Position numbers and translations under genes: made by a program. The notes under the pieces were generated by a model. It worked only from the letters and a program-made list of their open reading frames with translations, had not been told where the DNA came from and made no database searches. A stretch of DNA of 24,000 nt from the NCBI RefSeq assembly GCF_056123305.1, contig NZ_CM148631.1, one strand, 5' to 3'. Position 1 is the first letter of the stretch. Every line of letters begins with the position of its first letter. Positions 18,410 to 24,000 of the stretch are shown piece by piece.

Positions 18410-19324
18410 ATGCACTCAATAAAAAAAGTAACCATGCTCCTGGGGTGCCTCGCCCTCACCTGCTCGATAGCATTTCAGGCGAGTGCAACTGAAAAATTCA
18501 AGGTCATTACAACATTTACCATCATCGCAGATATGGCCAAAAACGTGGCTGGAGATGCTGCAGAAGTCTCATCCATAACCAGGCCCGGTGCAGAAATTCA
18601 TGAGTATCAGCCTACCCCTGGCGATATTAAACGTGCGCAGGGGGCACAACTGATTCTCGCCAACGGTATGAATCTGGAATTGTGGTTCCAGCGCTTTTAC
18701 CAGCATCTCAGTGGGGTTCCAGAAGTGATTGTCTCTTCGGGTGTGACGCCAGTAGGGATCACCGAAGGCCCCTACGAGGGAAAACCTAACCCTCATGCCT
18801 GGATGTCGCCAGATAATGCTTTGATTTACGTCGATAATATTCGTGATGCGTTGATAAAATACGATCCGGCAAATGCAAAAACATACCAACGTAATGCCGA
18901 TACTTATAAAGCCAAGATTACCCAAACCCTTGCCCCCCTGCGTAAGCAGATTGCTGAACTCCCTGAGAATAAAAGATGGATGGTCACCAGTGAAGGGGCT
19001 TTTTCTTATCTCGCACGCGATTTGGGGCTAAAAGAGCTTTATCTGTGGCCGATAAATGCCGATCAACAAGGAACACCCCAGCAGGTACGTAAAGTGGTTG
19101 ATATAGTGAAGAAAAATAATATCCCAGCGGTATTTAGTGAGAGTACGGTTTCCGATAAACCAGCGCGTCAGGTTGCGCGTGAAACCGGCGCACACTACGG
19201 CGGTGTGCTCTATGTCGATTCCCTGAGCACAGAAAACGGCCCGGTACCTACGTATATCGACCTTCTGAAGGTTACTACCAGTACGCTGGTGCAGGGAATT
19301 AAAGCCGGGAAAAGGGAGAAGTAA
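18410..19324 (+). CDS. sitA: Periplasmic Mn/Fe-binding protein SitA
   Basis: 304 aa, signal peptide, ZnuA/SitA-type: KVITTFTIIADMAKNVAGDAAEVSSITRPGAEIHEYQPTPGDIKRAQGAQLILANGMNLE. Confidence 0.95.
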   Translation: MHSIKKVTMLLGCLALTCSIAFQASATEKFKVITTFTIIADMAKNVAGDAAEVSSITRPGAEIHEYQPTPGDIKRAQGAQLILANGMNLELWFQRFYQHLSGVPEVIVSSGVTPVGITEGPYEGKPNPHAWMSPDNALIYVDNIRDALIKYDPANAKTYQRNADTYKAKITQTLAPLRKQIAELPENKRWMVTSEGAFSYLARDLGLKELYLWPINADQQGTPQQVRKVVDIVKKNNIPAVFSESTVSDKPARQVARETGAHYGGVLYVDSLSTENGPVPTYIDLLKVTTSTLVQGIKAGKREK

Positions 19325-19464
19325 TGATGCAATCTGCGGGTATTGTCGTTAATGGCGTTACTGTCACCTAGCGAAACGGGCAGAAAGCACTGCGCGATGC
19401 ATCCTTCACAGTACCAGGCGGATCTATTGCCGCTCTGCTTGGGGTAAACGGTTCCGGTGAAATC
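19324..19464 (+). pseudogene. sitB: sitB ATPase remnant (about first 47 codons), nonsense codon and truncation
   Basis: MMQSAGIVVNGVTVT*RNGQKALRDASFTVPGGSIAALLGVNGSGEI, with TAG at 19369-19371; the ATP-binding similarity ends inside Walker A. Confidence 0.85.
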
Positions 19465-19806
19465 GTCTTGACACGTTTCTGGGCTCGTCATCAGCGGTTG
19501 TTGCGAATGATCGCCGCCCTGCGATGGTTGATTTATTTTATTGCGCCCCGGCGTCTGCCTTGCCAGGTACCGGAGGCGGGCTCTGAAGGACTGAGTAGGG
19601 TGAGCGCGTCAGGCCGCGAAGTACTGACACGGGAGTTTGTGGCAGGCAGTGAAGTCCTGACCAGGGTAAGGGAGGCGCTGACGTGCAGGTCCTGACTGTC
19701 AGCCAGGCGCATGGTGACTGACTTTCTCAATAACCCGCTGTCAGGCGCTCAACGCCCGACAGCAGGCCATGGCCCGGTGTGCAAAGACCTGACGGCAGGT
19801 GTTGTG

Positions 19807-19948
19807 TCACCCGGAGAAGGTAAATCCCTCAAGAGGCAGCAGCTCAGCCAGTCGGTCCTCAGGCCACTCCGGCAGGCGCGTCAGTACGTCCGTCAGCCAG
19901 GCATGTGGCTCCAGACCATTACGCTTTGCTGTTTCCAGAAGACTCATT
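19807..19948 (-). pseudogene. C-terminal remnant of a second IS66-family TnpC
   Basis: Minus-strand MSLLETAKRNGLEPHAWLTDVLTRLPEWPEDRLAELLPLEGFTFSG*, directly abutting the left end of the 19949-22497 element. Confidence 0.85.
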
Positions 19949-19985
19949 GTAAGCGTACAGCGAGGGCCGTATTGACGGGGATGTG

Positions 19986-21637
19986 TTATTCAGCTGGCAG
20001 TGCTATGCGCCACGGAAGCAGTTCGCTGACCCGGTTGACCGGCCAGTCTGCTATGACGCCAAGCACATGGCGAAGGTAGCTTTCTGGATCCACGTCATTC
20101 AGTTTGCACGTCCCTATCAGGCTGTACAGTAGCGCTCCCCGCTCACCACCATGGCCAGAGCCGAAGAACAGGAAGTTTTTACGACCCAGACTTACCGCCC
20201 GCAGGGCATTTTCAGCGATGTTGTTGTCGATTTCCACCCAGCCATCGTTCGCATAGTACGTCAGTGCCGGCCACTGGTTAAGTGCGTACGCGAACGCCTT
20301 CGCCAACTCTGAGTGTCGCGACAGGGTCTTCATCTTTTCACGCAACCAGCTTTCCAGGGATTTCAACAGCGGTTTCGTTTTTCGCTGACGTTCAGCAAGC
20401 CGCTGCTCTGCCGGCATTCCCCTTATATCCGCCTCTATGGCGTACAACTGACCGATCTGCTCCAGGGCTTCTTCCGTCAGTGCTGACGGGATGCGGACGT
20501 GCACATCGTGGATCTTTCGGCGGGCATGAGCCCAGCAGGCAGCTTCCGTTATCCCACCATTGCGATACAGCTCGTTGAACCCGGCGTACGCATCCGCTTG
20601 CAGCACACCGCTGAAGCAAGCAAGATGAGTCTGCGGATGGATGCCTTTTCTGTCCGGGCTGTAAGCGAACCACACTGCAGGTGCCAACGCTGACCCGGCA
20701 TTGCGGTCATCACGAACATACACCCACAGCCGGCCCGTCCGGGTTTTACCGCTCCCCGGCTCCAGCACTTTCACCGGGGTATCGTCCGTGTGCTGTTTGC
20801 TGCTCTCCATCACGTAGCGGTTCAGCGCATCGTGCAGGGGACTGAGTCGTTCTGCGGTCATCGCCACCCACCGGACCAGCGTGTTTCGGCTCAGTTCCAC
20901 ACCCTGGCGGCTGAAGATGACGGACTGACGATGCAGCGGGGTATGGTCACAGTATTTACTCACCAGGATGCGGGCCAGCAGGCCCGCACCGGCCACACTG
21001 CGGGTCAGAGGTTTCGGGAGGAGTGGGGCCTGGACTATCACATCGCAGCGGCTGCAGGCCAGCTTCGGGCGCACCGTTTCGATGACCTTAAAGGCGCTGC
21101 GGATTATCTCCAGTTGCTCTGAGACGGTTTCACTCATCACCTTCAGGTCGCCGCCGCATTTCGGGCAGACAGTCACTGTCGGGGTGATGCGCCGGGTTTC
21201 ACGTGGCAGGTCTGCCGGCAGTTTCTGACGACGGGAGCGGCGTGCAGGCCGGTCCTGTGGGGCGACCGCCACCGGGGGCTCTGCCTGCTCAACCGTACTG
21301 ACAGTGGGCTCATCGTCCTGCAGACAGCGTTTTGCCGCTGCAAGACGGTTTTCCAGCTCAGCCAGCCGCTTCTCTGCCTGGCGGATTTTATTTTCCAGTT
21401 TATTGCGGCTTTTCTCTGAACTCTGCCCGAACAGCATCCGCCGCAGCTTATCAACTTATCAAGCTGTGCCTTCAGCCGTTCGATTTCCTGTTCGTAGTCG
21501 GCAACCTGTCCGGCGTACTGGCGCAGCCGGGCCTGCTGCTTTTTCATGGTAACATTTAGCTGTTACACAGCAACCTGCTGCTGACGCAACAGGGCTTTCA
21601 GCTGGTCGATATTATCAGGAAGCGGGATATTTTTCAT
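19986..21637 (-). pseudogene. tnpC: IS66 TnpC transposase with nonsense codon and 8-bp frameshifting duplication
   Basis: ATG at 21637 (MKNIPLPDNIDQLKALLRQQQVAV*), TAA at 21565-21563; CTTATCAACTTATCAA at 21467-21482; the remaining 483-aa frame is open and ends in the IS66 C-terminal motif. Confidence 0.88.
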
Positions 21638-21656
21638 CCTGCCCAGGTAAAGGGAT

Positions 21657-22004
21657 TCAGATCCGCAGACTATTACTTTTCGACCTTCCCGGTTGCATCC
21701 AGACTATACCCTCCAGCAGCATGGCAAGCTGTGCCGGGGTCAGATACACCTTTCCCTCCCGGGCGACCGGCCAGATGAACGTTCCCCGTTCAAGTCTTTT
21801 CATATAGATGCAGAGCCCTCCGCTGTCTGCCCACAGGAGTTTTACCAGCCTGCCCCTGCGTCCCCGGAAGATGAAGAGATGGCCGGAGATCGGGTCATCC
21901 TTCAGGGTGTTCTGGACCTTTGCGGCCAGACCGTTGAAGCCGTTTCTCATGTCGGTGATGCCGGCCACGAGCCAGATACGGCTGCCAGCCGGAAGCGTAA
22001 TCAT
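21657..22004 (-). CDS. tnpB: IS66 accessory protein TnpB (IS66 Orf2)
   Basis: MITLPAGSRIWLVAGITDMRNGFNGLAAKVQNTLKDDPISGHLFIFRGRRG... Confidence 0.93.
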   Translation of the reverse strand: MITLPAGSRIWLVAGITDMRNGFNGLAAKVQNTLKDDPISGHLFIFRGRRGRLVKLLWADSGGLCIYMKRLERGTFIWPVAREGKVYLTPAQLAMLLEGIVWMQPGRSKSNSLRI

Positions 22005-22411
22005 ACTGTGCTCCTGCCGGCGAGTTCGCGCACGATCCGGAGCTGTATCTCCGGGTCAGGATTGTCGAGTGTGAGGGTGCCGTGGCGAAGCGTCAGCGAG
22101 CAGGTTGACCCCGTTCCCTGACCAGACAGAGCCGGAGACTGCCGGGTGGTGGAGTCAGGTACAATTTCGACCGGAAATGCCGCAGGAGGGGATACAGATG
22201 GAACGGGAGCTGGCAGCCGGCGGAATACCCGGCCTTCTTTACGCCACAGACGGATCCATTTAAAAAGGACGTTATCGTTGACCCCGTGCGTACGGGCAAT
22301 ATCCGCAACATTGGCGTCCGGTCGGGTAGCCAGTTCGACCAGCCTGAGTTTGAATTCGCTGGAATAAACGCGGCGGGGTTCGGTCCGCCAGGCCCGGGTT
22401 TCAGATTCCAT
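22001..22411 (-). CDS. tnpA: IS66 accessory protein TnpA (IS3/IS911-like HTH)
   Basis: RRVYSSEFKLRLVELATRPDANVADIARTHGVNDNVLFKWIRLWRKEG; ATGA overlap with tnpB. Confidence 0.9.
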   Translation of the reverse strand: MESETRAWRTEPRRVYSSEFKLRLVELATRPDANVADIARTHGVNDNVLFKWIRLWRKEGRVFRRLPAPVPSVSPPAAFPVEIVPDSTTRQSPALSGQGTGSTCSLTLRHGTLTLDNPDPEIQLRIVRELAGRSTV

Positions 22412-22450
22412 AACTTAGATGTCCGTCTGTTTCAGATGGGCGTCTAAGTT
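22412..22450 (+). promoter_or_regulatory. 18-bp stem / 3-nt loop structure immediately upstream of tnpA start
   Basis: AACTTAGATGTCCGTCTG TTT CAGATGGGCGTCTAAGTT; all 18 positions pair in the + strand RNA counting three G-U wobbles. Confidence 0.75.
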
Positions 22451-22548
22451 AGCGTTTTCACTCGACTGCCTGAAGACGTCTCTGACGGGTCGCTTACGTA
22501 AAATCAACCACGGGAAGCTCAACGGTGAAGTACTTTACCAGTTGATCA

Positions 22549-22842
<294 letters not shown>

Positions 22843-23040
22843 AATCGTGATCATTTTTTGTTGACCACTACAAACATTTATGTTTTTTTATGCGAATGAA
22901 GTTATCCTTCCTTTCTGCCTGGTTGTCTCATTCATACAGATATCTGGCAGACATAACTTGTTGTGAAAAGTAGATGCTTACCGCATGTCTGATGCACTTT
23001 TGTATAAAGGCAAAGTATTTCAGCAAATGGAAATGATTAT

Positions 23041-23542
23041 ATGAACAACACAGACTCATTAGAAAAAATAATCAAACATCAACAAAACAACGATCCAAAA
23101 TACCCCTGCCAGGAGCATCTGTTGATACAACTCTGTATCCGCGTAAACAAAAAAAATACAGGATAATATATCGAGTTTACTCAGTGGATATGGAATAAAT
23201 TATTCAACATATATGGTTCTTACCATATTATCCACAGCAGATAATCATTGTCTTTCGCCCTCAAAGATAAGCAGAGAACTCCAGTTTACCAGAACAAACA
23301 TTACCCGCATTACAGATTTTTTAGAAAAAGCAGGGTATATAGAAAGAACTGATAGCAGAGAGGATCGCCGTGCTAAAAAAATCAGTCTGACATCAGATGG
23401 TCTGTCCTTTATTCAGAACGTCAATATTGCACAAAGTCTGCACCTGAAAGAAATCTGGAGCCCGCTGACCCATGTAGAGTGTGAACTGTTTGAAGACATT
23501 AATAAAAAATTACTGACGCATATTGCTGATGTGTGTCCCTAA
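23041..23542 (+). pseudogene. PapX/SfaX/FocX-like MarR-family regulator, frameshifted in an A8 run
   Basis: MNNTDSLEKIIKHQQNNDPKYPCQEHLLIQLCIRVNKK then, one frame over, IQDNISSLLSGYGINYSTYMVLTILSTADNHCLSPSKISRELQFTRTNITRITDFLEKAGYIERTDSREDRRAKKISLTSDG...; A8 at 23149-23156. Confidence 0.8.
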
Positions 23543-24000
23543 AGCATGAAGAGTTTGAGGAAACTGAAGAGCTTCAAGTAATGAATCATATAATAAGCAG
23601 GCATAAGAGCGACATAACTACAGGCGGAAACAGCGATACAAGAAAACTACTGGTTTAGGTCACAATGCAGCAAAATGACAAACTCATACGACGGTTCTTG
23701 TGAATGATGCGGTGCCTAACCCGCAAATATCAGCATGATTCACCGTAGAACTTACTGATACAAGATAACGTAATGATTGAGCTTATCTCATATGGGGTAA
23801 CGCGCAATAAAAATAGTTGAAACATTGTTTATAATTGTTCAATCTATCTTATTTTTATTAATATAGTTGAGCTTCTCAACACATTACTTTAAAGTTCTAC
23901 ACTAAAGAGAACAAAATTATCACAACGGATATGGAGATACTTTCAGGCCAGTCAAACCGGTTTAACTGATATGGTTGAATACACGCTTGACTATGAATGG

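Larger units (their letters stand above)
19949..22497 (-). mobile_element. IS66-family insertion sequence (about 2549 bp), transposase mutated
   Basis: Ends GTAAGCG... (19949) and ...CGCTTAC (22497); contains tnpA, tnpB, tnpC on the minus strand. Confidence 0.88.

Noticed and set aside
19986-22367. Numerous + strand ORFs within the IS66 element (for example 142-aa 21693-22121)
   Set aside because: Antisense shadows of tnpA/tnpB/tnpC.
23866-23880. Short palindrome GTTGAG-CTT-CTCAAC
   Set aside because: 6-bp arms in AT-rich sequence with no adjacent gene inside the window; too weak to call.
23976-24000. Possible ORF start MVEYTLDYEW at the window edge
   Set aside because: Only ten codons visible and no strong RBS; cannot be evaluated.

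Overview
Escherichia-like chromosomal segment. The left part (1-8190) is ordinary core genome: the 3' end of puuA, puuP, ymjA and the sapABCDF operon. After sapF comes a DUF559 ORF whose start lies on a perfect 18-bp hairpin, then a P4-type tyrosine integrase (8964-10157) with no visible tRNA. It opens a mosaic accessory island. Cargo: a TPR-like protein; a three-ORF leftward cluster (unknown 117 aa, small Cys-rich zinc-ribbon-like protein, EcsC-like protein); an Opa-like outer-membrane beta-barrel; paralogs of YebF and of the BON lipoprotein DolP/YraP; a thioredoxin-fold-like protein; a DoxX-family protein; an orphan metal-binding SitA with its Fur/MntR-type operator region; and a frameshifted PapX/SfaX-like MarR regulator. 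Between them are ISAs1, IS630, IS3 and at least three IS66-family remnants, including a near-complete but mutated 2.5-kb IS66 element. I cannot demonstrate a new defence or other system from sequence alone. The best candidates for follow-up are the 12624-14007 three-gene cluster, the hairpin-fused DUF559 ORF and the tandem MntR-like palindromes upstream of sitA.
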